DNA of 64,000 nucleotides from Daphnia carinata (Eukaryota): NCBI RefSeq assembly GCF_022539665.2, contig NC_081333.1, positions 4,774,001 to 4,838,000 of the forward strand, read 5' to 3'. Shown piece by piece: positions 1 to 13,429 of this stretch (position 1 is its first letter; each line of letters starts with the position of its first letter). The notes under the pieces were generated by a model. It saw only the letters and a program-made list of their open reading frames with translations, ran no database searches and was not told where the DNA came from. The position numbers and the translations under genes were made by a program.

Positions 1-52
1 CGTAGTTAGAGGAGTTGTGACACCAGTTAAATTGTTCCAAGTGAATAAAACA

Positions 53-1499
53 ATGCGTGTGAATTCCACCCTTATAGTACGTCTCTTAGCAATGCCTACG
101 TTGTTATTGCCCTTTTTCTACATCATCGGTATCATGAAAGTTGAATTCAACTTCGCCGTAGATCGAACGGTAGCAGGGAAGCATCGATCCAGCTCACAAA
201 ATCTTACCCATCCTATACCAGAAACACATCAGCAAAATGAGACCAGCAGCACGGAATCACTGCCAGTTGAATACAATTTGATGGAAGAGACCTATGGCAG
301 AAAATGGGACAAGGATCAAGATGCTGTGTATGTATCGCCTATTGATTGTACAATGGGTATGTGCCTATAAAAGTACACATGCTCTGATGTCTGTTCATAG
401 TTCTCTGTAAATAAAGTAGTCTCGATTTCAGATTACGTCAATGCGCACAAGTTGCAACAGGACCATCCTTGCGTTATTCAACTGATTCGACGTGACTACC
501 TCCACCCGCCCGCATCGAAAAGCCTCGCCTATCAAATGGATCATCCTGATTCGGTCGATCCTTCCGATGGACAATCTAAAGTCATTTTAAAAATTCTACA
601 GAACAAAGTAACAAACCAAAGCGATTAAGAATTTCAGAAATTCTTGTTGTAGAAATTATCAATGTACACATGAATTGAGGAGAAATTAAGTGTGGGTTAT
701 GATTATTCTTGGTTTTTGAAGCGCCGTGGATTTTTCATAGAAGCCGGTGGCTATGACGGAGAATTTCTTTCCAATACTTTATTCATGGAACGATCGCTTC
801 AGTGGAGTGGTTTGCTGATTGAAGCTGACAAGACAGCCTATAGCAAACTGTTAAAACGCAACCGTAAAGCTTTTTCTTCGCCTGTGTGCCTCAGCACGAA
901 GCCTTACGCGATGGAAGTTAAGTCTCCATTAAATAAAGTAATTTTGAATCTAACGAATTGCATTGCATTTTTCAATGCTGAAAATATAGGTTATTTACAA
1001 TGGCTCCATTTCTTCTGGAAGTTTCATTATTGACCAAAAAGAGAATGACGGGCTTGCTCCAAATGATGGTGGATCAGCAGCCACCAACAGCGATAGCGAG
1101 GGCATTTACACAGCTCAGTGTTTTCCGCTATATTCCCTACTTCTCGCCGTTGGCAGAACCCATGTAGACTATTTTAGTCTAGATGTTGAGGGTTCAGAAT
1201 ACAAAATTTTAAAAACCATCCCATGGCACAAGGTTTACATGCAAGTACGTTTACAGCCTTCTATATTTTGTTACGTTATAGCCATGAAACATCTGACCCC
1301 TTTGTGTTATTTCTTATTATTGTAGACGTTGACAGTGGAATGGAATCATGCCCCCGAGGGCGAAGCTGCGGTTACTCGATTGATGGAAGATAGTAATTTC
1401 ATCAGATTTGGAAGCTTCTCAATGCCGTATTCACGTGAGGTAGTTTACGTCCAAGATTTTCTGTATGGATACAGGATATTCGGAGATCCAGTTGCATAG
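53..1499 (+). CDS. Star-like protein / FkbM (Methyltransf_21)-type methyltransferase-fold protein, about 5 exons
   Basis: N-terminal hydrophobic anchor (LLAMPTLLLPFFYIIGI). Exons encode QQDHPCVIQLIRRDYLHPP, GFFIEAGGYDGEFLSNTLFMERSLQWSGLLIEAD, AQCFPLYSLLLAVGRTHVDYFSLDVEGSEYKIL and TLTVEWNH. GT-AG introns at about 358-431, 608-721, 918-989 and 1245-1325. TAG at 1497-1499 with AATAAA downstream. Confidence 0.85.
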
Positions 1500-4370
1500 A
1501 TAACGTTGCGTAACAATCCTAACTTGTACCTTTAATAAAAAGGCTATCAATTTTGAAAATGGAATAAAAATAATACACAATAGCTAACAAACTATGTATC
1601 AGTAAATTGGTTTCACATTAAACTTCCTTGTTTCGTAGCTCGAAATAAGGGGAACTCAGAAGTTCGTAGAGTTGCGACTTCGCTGTTGTATGCAGCGAGT
1701 AGAATTGACTTGTATTAATGACCAGTATTTGCAAGTGTGTATCAGCGTGTGGTGTCTGTAATTACGATTAAGGTTAAGGAAAGCTAGGCATGCAACATAT
1801 ACAACAAATACCTGAGATAGCACGAGAGACAGTGTTTGCCACTCAAACTATGGGATCACACTACACAAGTTTCCTGCAATTTAGTTCACGGCGGTCTAGA
1901 ATGCACCCACATGCAGAATGGGACAATTAGATAAGGCGAAAAGAGACAGAAAATAGAATTTACCTGAAGGAACAGATTCACTAACGATAAACACGGTGAT
2001 TACTTCAATGACAAATGGTACAGCAGACGAAAAGTTGCAAGAGGAAGGGAAATATAGGAAAACAGAAAGGCGCCAAAACTATACGATTAATAAACACGCG
2101 TTGCCAGATATTATAGGCTGCAGCGCTACATTTGCGCCGTAACATTCCTTATACGTAAAAATCTACGCAGATTGGGTCCTGAACTTTCCCTCAATACGAC
2201 TGTGAGCCAATGGCTCTATAACATTTCGAGCAAAAGAAGCTCAGTATTTTCCCATTCATAAAGAAAATTTGGTAACAAAAAGGCAGAGAATTCGTGGCTG
2301 TTGTGCGGGTGCGTTTTTTGAGCGGGTGGGCAAGACTCCACCTAGCTAAGTTTCGCCCCAAGCAACCTTGATTGGTCCAAGTCATGAGAAAGTACCACTC
2401 TTTAATGGTTTAGAGGCCAGGCATGGGCTCTTGTACCAGCAGGAATATTTACGAATGGGCCAACCCACTCGTTTGCGTAAGACAAGCCAACGTATGAAGC
2501 CAAGTTCTATTTACCCATTTACAACATGAAAAACAAAAACAGTGGTTGGTGCCAGATTGCTTTTATTGGACGACAAAGCTATAGGCAGCTCACCATATGG
2601 CTACCACGCCGTTGTCTGACGTTCAGTACACTAATGCTGTCATGGTGTTTAATGTTCCAAAAGTATGTTGATCGACAGATGTGGTCTACGATGAGCGACG
2701 TACTTAGAAACAAGGCGGGGAATCCTGGGTGAATAAAATCTCTGCAGTTACTGTACCACAGTTTGTCTCCACGTCTAAGTTCTGTTATGGCGCAAGCTCG
2801 TAAGTATTCCCCAACAAGGGAATTGACGGAGTCTCATAAAACAACTCTTGTGTCTCTGTTAATTTCATGAAATCCTGTATAGTGTGTAGACTGAAAGAAG
2901 GACCAAGTTGAAATGTGTTACGGGAAATAGCAGTCGGATTCGACTTTTGGCTCCACGGTGGCCACAGGGACGTTTCGATATGAACTCCTTTCGGCTTCGC
3001 TGTAGTGACGGATTCGCTATGTGGGTGTTTGGTCGTTGATGCTCAAATACCGACATCGGTTAGCCGTTAGTTGTGCGTACAAATTCGGTCTAGGTATTTC
3101 ATAAAGAGGAAAATCGGGTGAATTGAAACGCTGGGCAATTAGAATTTTTTTCTCTCGACGTATGAGAGGAAATACCTTTGAAGCGGAGATCGTCCGTTTT
3201 TGTTCCGGCATATATATATCACTCTATATGTGTACATTGCAAAAAAATGCGGTAGTTATTCCCAACGTTTTGGTTGCCTTACCTATCCTTTTCTGACATC
3301 TTCCTGTAGCTCCTAGTTATAGTAGTATAGTTCAAGGAAACATGACAATTTTCCTATGCTTCGTTTGCTATACCTGACCTGTGACGCATTTTACTGCAAC
3401 CACCTTAGGGTTAGCAGATGATGCTTGGCTACTGGCATTCTTTTCAAATGCACGCAGCCATCGTCAATTATTATTATTATTTTATTTTTTTTTGTATCAA
3501 CTCGTGTCATTCTTCGTGTCTTTTGTCACCAACTCCAAGTCTGAAATAACTCATGGTCAATATTTTGTTTTTATATCCTACGTGATGCACGCTGCTATCG
3601 CTTCTTATCCAACTAATCTTTAGTGCGATACTCTATGCAATCGGGAGTGGTGGTGATAGTGAAGGTTTAAAAGCGCTGGGTAATCTTTCCAGTCTGTACC
3701 GTCTAGTAGTTGTCAAGTCGATCATCCAAGTGATTTTTCGGGAAAAAAGTGTGAAACTGGAGAGAACATTAATAAAAGGGTAAAGGAGAAAAACGTTGGC
3801 GCTTGTGAGTCAGCTACGTTTGCGATTTCAAGTGTATAATTCGTGCTCACAAGTATGGGCCACTGATTAAAAAGGTTAAGACTTTAATTTTTTTTTCTAT
3901 AGTTTTAGTTCTGTTTTGCCTTACATTATGCAGTGAGAAATGAGGTGACCTATAAAGTAGTAGATTTTTAGACCAAAACGAAGACTGTTTTCTCAAAAAT
4001 AACATTTTTTTATTGAAAATCTTAATACTTGGATGTCTACGTTACTCCATTCTTTCAGCCAAAACAAAAAAATTACGTTTGCATTTTTCGTTTTTCGTTT
4101 AAAATTTTAAAATGTTTCGCGGTTAATGATCAATTGAAAAGTGGAGTGCTGCAGGCATAGATAAGTTTCATTTACTTGCCCTTATTTATTTATGCTTGTT
4201 CAAATAAAACAAGGTGAGTGGCTTATTGAATTAAATTATGGGCGATCATTATTAGGATATAATAATAGCTGTTCCATCTAAATCGATTATAACAAATTTT
4301 CGTGTATTTATAGTTATAATTTTGTTTTAGACAAAACACTGTTGACTAATACGTACATCACCAATTCACA

Positions 4371-7300
4371 ATGGATCGTGGGGAACGGAGTAATGGCCCA
4401 TTAGATGCGTTGACCTCGTTATCATGCCATCACTATGAAACACCGGAAGATGTCTTTCAAGACATCTTAAGCTGGATTCAGGATGCAAATACCGACCCGA
4501 AACTAGCTGAAAATGCCGTCAGTCACATCAGTGAAAAGGTCGGGCGCATACTCAAACCGTTAGAAACGTCTTGTGTTGAATCGCAATACGTCAAGGCCCT
4601 CTTGACAACGTGGGTAAAGAACAGTTTAAACATGGCGTTTAGCTACTTGGAGGACGAAACTACTGATATTAGTAAAGAAATGTCTACTATTTTGGATGAA
4701 CTGGATTCCGTCAATTCTATCAAAGATATTGAAACCAAATTAATCACAGAAAAGTCAAAGCTTTGGACCTGGTGTGTAAAGGGTAAAGGCTGTTGGTATT
4801 TCCAATTGATTCTCGTACAAGAAGAATTGCTCAAAAACACGCCCTGTTTCGTCACCCTTTTAAACCGCTATTTTAACAAGTTGAAGAGCTTTATTATCAA
4901 TAAAATCTTCGCGCGGTGCAGAGATGACGTCATCAATGGCGGATTAAATGGTTCAGAAGTTCAAAAATTCTTTTCGGCTCTAACTGATTTTTTGACAAAC
5001 GTCAATGAAGACCCAGATTCACATGACGTTCTTAAAGATTATATGCTTGGAAGCATTCCAACGACAAGTGACCATGAAACAGATAGGCAAGAATGGATCA
5101 ACGAGTTAGTTGAGAAAATTTCAAAAATCTTCCTGCCAAAAACGAGCGATAATGAGAAGGAAGTAATCCCTGAATGGACGCAGCGATTCAAATTAGCCAC
5201 GTTGCTAGTAACACCTCAAACCTTTCCGAAACTAAAATTGCTGATCAGGGAAATATGTAAGTATTTTTTATTGCCTAAAACCACAATCGAAGTGAGAAAA
5301 CAGTATGGAAGGGAAATTATTCTTATAAACGGCGTCGCCGTTTTTGTTAGTAAAATGTTGGAGATAATGAAGGAAATGAAAGCTAACCACAAAAAAGTGA
5401 AAGAAATACAAATCGTTGGACAGTCGTCCATTCACATCGATTGTGACTTGCAAAATGAAATCTGGCACGGATTCAACGTGGGCATCGTTACCGACAAACT
5501 TATTGTTTGCGCAGCTCAGAAAGACAAAAATAGAATGTGGGACGTTTCAGGAAGACATGCTAGTACCGTCGGATCACGAGGTACTTGTCTAAGTAGACAT
5601 AAAAATGTCCTGTGTTACGAATTTGATGTATTTTTTTACTTATCAGATGATCAAGAAGCAGGCGAAAGTGGTGGTAATGTTCGTATTAAATGTAATGAAA
5701 TAATTGGCGCTGAGCGATGGACGATCGAGTGCAATGGAGGGGACGGAGGTTCTGCTCGAAAATGGTCCGTGGAAGAATTTAAAAAAGTCTTCAGTCCCAT
5801 ATTACCACTGGTGGAGGAGGCGAAAAATAAAAAAGCAGACAAACAAATTTCCGATCAACCGGCAATAAAAGATCTCTATGAAAAACTGGAGGATACTCTG
5901 CTTGATGATTTCGAATTTGTCGGTGTACGAATTGGCCAGGTGCAAGACGAACGTCAGGCAAGATCCGGCAGATTAGGCGACGGCAGCGAAATCACGTTTT
6001 CATTGTATGAAAGTAAAAAAACAAAAAATCTACACACTGTCATTCTCTGTAAAGGTATCCAATAGGAAACATAGTTTAGAACCAAATATGTATTCTGTTA
6101 TATCTCTGATCACGCGCTGTCATTTTGAATATTTAGGCGCCGGCGTCGGAAAAGGTGGCTATGGCGGAGATGTAATCTTGGAATTGTCGAACAAAGAGCG
6201 TGGCCTTCCTCTCGCTGGGATGGAAATGTATCAAGCAATGGACATAGGGGGAGTTGTCTACAAGGCATCGGGTTCCGACGGTAGAACGGGACAAGCGAGC
6301 GGTGATGCTGGTTTCATTTACAACGGAGACCAGAACCAATCAGGAAATTTCATTGGTTTTGAAAATTACCAAACGCTAGAAATTCGATACTACTCGAAGA
6401 AAGATGAATTAAAAAAAGATAAAGTTATATCGTATGCCAGAGCTTATGGTTGCTCAGAAAATCAACGCTATGCAACAATCGTTTCAACATTCGGGCAGCA
6501 AAAAGGAAGTTCTGTTTCACCGAGGGAAGCCACAAAGAAAAACGCCGTCATTCGACAGAGCCTCGTCCATCATTTTACAAAGATTAATGTGCGGAAGCAA
6601 ATGAACGAATCTCTCTGCAAGACGTTTTTGTTTGATCCGTTGGAAGAAAATCAGTCTCTAAACATCGACCAACTGATGGAAGAAATTCAAAGTAATGAGG
6701 CACATTTCGATGATCTAGTTTACTTACAATTTAATCAAGAGAAGGTACGATGTACCAAACCAGTACCTGTCGTGAAAAGCAGTGCGACCTGCGCTCCGAG
6801 CGTATCCCCAAAAATAGCCAGCAATGTCCGAACACTTAGCGAAGATAATAAAGAAAATCGAAGAATGCTAGAAAGATTCCTGAAGGACAACTTGGAAAAT
6901 TTCAAGCCGGACACCTGGAAACAGCTGTCAGAGCAACTTAAATTGGAATCAAAGAAAAAAATCGAAAAGCTGGACGAACGACTGGTATATATCTTCAGCT
7001 ACCTTAACCATGAACGGAATTCACGGCAGAAAGAGAACATCGGGAAGAAATGGAATAAGAAAATCAATATTAACGAAACAGAAGATGGTTTGAAATCGTT
7101 AGCCGTATTTTTGTACGACTTTGAGTGCGCCGTACAGCAACTTCGTAAACCCACAGACGACAACTTCCGACTCCGTGACAACCAGATCTTGGCAGTGCTG
7201 ATGTTGCTCCCTAAACCAAAAATGTCGTTTGATGTGACTAAGCAACCATTTTATCGAAGTTTAGCTCAAGTATCAACTGGCGAGGGCAAATCGCTGATTG

Positions 7301-10300
7301 TGGCTGCCGTGGCCATTGTTCATGTTCGTCATGGATTCAGCTCTAAAAAGCCAATCGACGTGATTACTAGTAACGACTTATTAGCACTTCGTGATTCCAA
7401 CCTTTTGGTCGCAGAAGGAGGACTGAAAGATCTCTACGAATATTTCGATGTGTCGGTGGCAAACAACTCCAGCCAATCAGAAGACATTCGCAAAGCAAGT
7501 TATTCTGCGGAAGTAGTTTACGGACAATTGGCCAACTTCCAGCGTGATTACTTATTGGATAAATTTTACGATCGTAACATTCGTAGTGATCGTGAATTCA
7601 CGTATGCCATTATTGACGAAGTGGATTGCATGTTGCTTGATCGTGGCAACAACACTCTCTATTTATCCCATGACATTCCAGGCATGGAAACGCTGGAGTC
7701 TTTGTATGTTTTCATTTGGGAAAAGATATGCAACTCCACTATTGATAGGAACAATTCAAAAGAACAAGTTAAAAAATCAATTAAATGTGATGTGTTATTC
7801 GACTTGTATGGCGTGACAACTAAAGACGATCTGAAGTCAGTTCATGCGCCATTAGACGATTCGGAAAAAGATGTACTGTGGAACCACCTGATTGAGAAAG
7901 AAGTGATTGACTCACAGGGACGCCTACTAATTGAAAATGCCAACAAAATGACTAGAGAGGTCATCTATACCCCCATGCAACTCCAACGAAAAAATCTGGA
8001 TGAGAAATTGATTTTCTATTTCAGCAGAGTGGCTAATCGCCAGCGTCGAATTCGAATACCTGTCCATCTGCTCGACTTTGTTGACCGGCACTTAAGCACT
8101 TGGTTAGAAAGTGCTTTTCAGGCCCTGGATCTACGACCCGACGAGGACTACGTCATTGATCAAGATCGAACACACACTAACCCCGATCTCAATCCGCAAG
8201 TGATTATTATCGATCCCGACACTGGAACGGATCAAACTTCTTCTCAATGGGACGGAGCCTTGCACCAGTTCATTCAGCTGAAAGAAGGATGTAAATTGAC
8301 GCTACAGAGTCTCAAAGCGATTTTCATCTCGAATGCTATGTACATCTTGAAATACTTCGGACTAGTAGGTGTGTCGGGTACGCTGGGATCCGAAGAAGAA
8401 ATGTTTTTTCTACAAGATACAATTAAGAGTGAGTTGTTCCCCATTCCTAGGGCTTTCGTTAACCGTTTTAAAAAGGAAGATGCCCAAGTCCTGACGACTA
8501 AAGAAGAATGGCTAAATGCCATTAGCCTTGAAACCAAAACTATTATTGAAAAAGGACGTTCAATCATCATCTTTTGCAAGTCCATCAAAGATGTTAATCT
8601 CATTCATCAACGACTAACGCATTCCATTCTTGAGCTGAATGGAAACAGTTGTCTCCATCGCTACACGCGCGATTACGTGAAATTTGCATTTCAAAGAACG
8701 GAACTGGACATTGGGCATGTTATTGTCGCTACCAACTTGGCTGGACGAGGCACAGACATAAAAATCAGCAAACAGCTGAGCGTTAATGGAGGATTGCATG
8801 TATGTCTTAGTTATTTCCCCGAGAATGAACGGATTGAGGAACAAGCGATGGGTCGTGCAGCTCGGAATGGAGCACCTGGAAGCGGAATCCTCATTATATG
8901 CAAGTCAATTTCGTGCAACGGGATGGCGCGTGACGGAAAGGACATTCGTAACTTGACAGAAATAATGAAAAATGAGCGCGACATTCGTGAGAAAGAACGG
9001 ATCGCTCGGTTGGAAGAAGATTTCAAATTAATGGGTGATCAGGCAAAATTATTTGATCAGTTTTCTAAGTACTATACTGATCTAAAAAAAAAGCGGAAAA
9101 AATACGGTGATCAGTTGGTGAGTGCCATCTGTGGAAGTGTGTTAGATCAATGGGCTTTATGGCTCAACGAAATGAATAGTTGCCCATTAGACGTGAAAAT
9201 TCATTCATATTTAACAAAATTTCTTCTAAAATTCAAAGCTCTTGATCAAGATAATTTTGATATCAGTCAAATCGGGTGGATGACACCAGCTCGTTCAGTT
9301 GTTGTTGCCAAACATTTAGCTACGAGCAACAAGAAGCCGAATCTCTCGGCGGCAACCGAACTATTGGAACAACTCATTCAATCAAAAGATAACCAATTTT
9401 ATCCCGCCGCTTACTACTACCGCGCATTCCTTTTGCTGAAGGACAGCTATGAAGTAAACAAAAATGAATTTATAAAAACATTACGTACATGCGAAAATGT
9501 GTTGAGTGAGCACATCAACATGCAAATATCGTTTTTTTCTATTGTCCAAACGACGATCAGGAAAACTGATCAGCTTCTTTCCTTTCGTGTTATCTATGGC
9601 TATACACAACAAAAAGAAAACATGGTTAATCTGTTTCAATATTTTGTTGGTTCAGTTCGTTCATTGCTGGGCACTGATTGTTCCATTGAAGACTTTGAAG
9701 CAGCAGGACACCTTCCAAAAAAAATTGAAGAATTTTTTGAAAAACATCTGAAGAACTTTGAAAAATGGATTCAACGCGAAGTTCATGGAAACTTCAAAGT
9801 TTTTCAAAAAAAAGACAAAAACAACAAAGAATCAAAGAATTTTACAATTCCACCTGAAAAGGTAGAGGAATATTTCAAGTTATTGCTGGAGGGTGAATCC
9901 AAATGTATTGGTAACCAGCTGAATGACGCCAACACAATACCGAGCTGGAATTCTCCCATCGGAAAAAACGCAAAATCAAATCGAGAATGGTCCATTGAAA
10001 GAGTAGCAAAAGCCTATGGTGTCTCTGCATTTACCTTAGAAAAGTCACTGAATCAAGCGATAACAAAAGAACTTAACAAAGAGGATATTGAAAAAGAAAT
10101 AGAAAACGAAACAAAAAAGAAATTTGAAGAAGACAATTTAATTCCTTGTACGAGGGACTCGTTCTGGGCGAGATTAGTTGAATTCGGAGCATTGTTTAAC
10201 AATCAAAATTTCGTAGCCATGGATGAGTGCAACGTCGACAAGTATAATTTAAAACGGGAGGAGGCCAAAACATTTCCCTTTGACGACAAAGATTACGTGC

Positions 10301-11514
10301 TATACAACCCCATTAATGACAATAGCAAGAACGGACAAGAAAAAAAAATTATTTTCTCACAAAAGTATGTCGAAGAAACTCTTTATGGTAACCGCATGAA
10401 AAGCTTTCGTCGAGATCAGTTTCAGGTCAACAAAATTGCCAAAGTTGATGTCGAAAAACTCAAATCAGTCGATCTCAAATTATTTGGCCAATTGACCTAC
10501 GACGATCTACGTGAGGCCAATATCAGCCCGACTGAACGTCAAGGAATTATAGACGAGTTGAAAAAGCAAGACATCATTGACGACGATGGTAATCTTTCAC
10601 CCAATTACAATGGGCAAAAATTCGAATATTCAAACTGTCCTGCTTACGAAGACAGTGTCGTGCGTTTACTGGGGAGCAAATTACGTGCAGAAATAGTTAG
10701 ACGACACTGGTTGAATTGCAAAGACAATTCAAATCGTCTCGAAGCAATCAATTTGCTACCTTTGACACCTTATCGAGATATACTGGATGATTTAATTGCT
10801 GCCTACGTCGTCAGTTACGGTGTCCGGGTGAAAGGAATGGATGAACGTATTCTCGAAACAAAAGTGAATGAAATCACCAAAAAAGACCATGAGCGCGAGT
10901 GTATTTTGGATTTTTTGAGAAGCCGGCAAGCAATTTACGAAGCCAGTTGGATGGCAAATCAAAAGGCAGCGCTTGACTTTATCGACAGTGACATCCGCAA
11001 CGTAAAGGGCAACACCTTCGAAAGCGAATTGTGCCTTCTTCATTTGATAGGATTCGATCACGTCATATATATGAAGGATCGCCACATGTCTACAAAACAG
11101 GTGGTCTTGTCATCCCTTATTACACCATTCATTATCATCGGTGGAGTTGCCTCGATTAGTGCTGGGGCTGTTTTAACCATCTTCAGCAAACTATTGCCAT
11201 TCCGTTTCGGGAAAGATTTGCTTTTCATGGGTGGTCTTTCGGACATAATCTACATATTTACGGCGGCTTTATCAAATGACAGAATCAGCTTTTCTGGTTA
11301 TGCACGCCAAAAAATTAGGAGCTCAATAGGTAAATCGAATATTGCAGACCAAGTCAAGACTCTTTGGACGTTATCAAAACCTGGAAAACTTGGTGGCAAT
11401 AACTTTAGACCTGCGGTCCTAATCCATATGGACACTTTTCACGGTCGACGAGGAAAAAATCGTGAAGCGGATAGACAAAAAATATTCAACGCTTTACTTC
11501 AGCTAAAAAAATAG
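4371..11514 (+). CDS. Giant (~2,331 aa) SecA-like DEAD/SF2 ATPase-domain protein; exons 4371-5580, 5647-6054, 6137-11514
   Basis: ORFs 4371-6065 and 6007-11514 join through GT-AG introns 5581-5646 and 6055-6136 (spliced CDS 6,996 nt, in frame). SecA motifs in order: LRDNQILAVL, QVSTGEGKS (Walker A, 7267-7293), VITSNDLLALRD, VVYG..NFQRDYLLD, IIDEVDCMLLD (DEVD 7615-7626), GALHQFIQLKEG, GVSGTLGS, VIVATNLAGRGTDI, GGLHV, RIEEQAMGRAARNGAPGSG. Confidence 0.9.
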
Positions 11515-13429
11515 CGGAAAATCCAAGTAAGAAAGATGGAAATTCGGTTCATTAGGCAAACTGATAAAATTAGCTGTCGTTTGGACGGTGAAATACTACT
11601 TAATTAAATTCTTATTTATAGACGGCGACGTCGTATGTGAAACTTAGATCTCGCCATCGGATTAAAGCAAAGTACGCAATATGGAAAATTAAGGTCAACC
11701 GAAGAGTTGATGGAATTCGGAATGCTAATTATAGTCAAAATCGGTACAATAATGAACTATAGAATTATATCCCGAGCAAGAAATGTGGCTGCCTTATGAC
11801 GTTATTGGACGCTGCAAGATATTGGCAATCAAATAAGTTGAGTGATGTCGACATCTTGCATGAAACATTTGTGCATTGATATATCAACAATATGTCAAAG
11901 TGGGATTTTTTTGTCGTTATTTGTTTTTTACTTTGGTTTTCGGTTTTTCAAGAGGGAAAACATTCATACGGTTTTTTGGTTTTCTTTTTTACCCTACTCA
12001 ATTTTTTAGGGAACAGATTACGAAAATGATTGTTGTAGTAAATTTGGGTAAAAGTTCGTATTCGGACAGCATTTTGGCTAACAGACTTCCTTATGGGAAA
12101 TGTGTGTATAGCCGATTTGCTAATTCCGGACAGTCATAGTTTTAAAAACTAATGGATTCATTCGATTCAGCTTTTAATTCTGAATCGAATTGCTGAAGAC
12201 AACAAAGTGGATGCAATGAGAAAAAAAACTGAGAAATTGATTATTAATAACCATAACGAGGATCTGTCAAAACGAAATATCCGTTCCAATCCAACTGACA
12301 CACGACCAAGCCTTTTCCAAAACAAAAAAATGCATTTAATTGACATAATGATACATTAATCTCAATACGTAGCCTTGGTGCATAAGTTTACTGGTAACAA
12401 ATGAAAAAGTAAAAAGTGGTGGATATTACGAGAAAATCACGTTAAAATTACCGTAAATATGCCTTAAAGTCCGAAATCTATCGTATATAGTAAAAATTCA
12501 TCATAAATCAAGGTAATTCTCTCCCCATTTTATTCGAAGTTTTATACGAAACTTGATTGTTCTTCAAAAACATTTTATCCTACTTTCCTTATATTAAGAA
12601 AGTGAGCTGCGTAAAGTCGCAAGACATCATCGCATACCTCCTAAAGCAAACGAAGAGAGAAGCAAAACATTTGCAATTTATTTCTTCAATTAACAACTGC
12701 AATTCACAACGTTCTGTGATTCACGTGTGCTTCACAAACGGAACGGTTAATTTTACAATCATGCAGAAAAACGACATTACCTATTCAGCAGCCAAAGGAA
12801 TAAACGAGAGACTAACATTCAAAAGAAGCGATATCCTCATAAAACATTCGACACCTTAAAAAAACCTACTAATATTTCATCCTAAAACATTAAACAGTTC
12901 CAAAATGCCTCAACATGCTTTGTGAGCAGATTAATTTAGACGGGAAACAGTCATGAAAAACTTAGACTGAATACGAAAAAAAAAAAAAAAAACAACACAA
13001 GCAAACAAACAAACAAAACTACAATACAAGCAATAAAAAAATTTAACCCCATTAAATGATATTTGGAAATAGTGGATATTCAGCGTTGTTGAACATGGGT
13101 CGTGGTTCTTTGGTGGTGCCAGTTACTTGCAGACATATCAATCCTACTACTTCACTTCGTCGGCTCCGTCTTCTAGTGCACAGGGCTAGTAAGTATAATT
13201 TTGTAACACTTACATTTAAAGTTCAAGTTTCAATTTTTTTTACTACCTTTCTGAGCTTCGACCAGTTCTTTCTTCAACTCTCACCTTTCATTTCAACCAC
13301 ATAATAAAGCATCTTTTTTTTGTGCACCTACAATTCGGATGAAAATAGGTAAGATTGTAGATGGGTTTCTGACACATGATAACCGATTTCAGATGAACCT
13401 CGAAATTTGGATTAACTCTTTTTCGCTGA

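Noticed and set aside
1700..3300. Short ORFs between the Star-like and SecA-like genes
   Set aside because: No recognisable motifs or consistent exon structure.
4371..6065. Separate 564-aa gene
   Set aside because: It splices in frame to the downstream ORF through a canonical intron at 6055-6136.
6007..11514. Bacterial secA from contamination or a recent insertion
   Set aside because: The gene has spliceosomal introns, is over twice SecA length, has no bacterial neighbours, and matches the host in composition.
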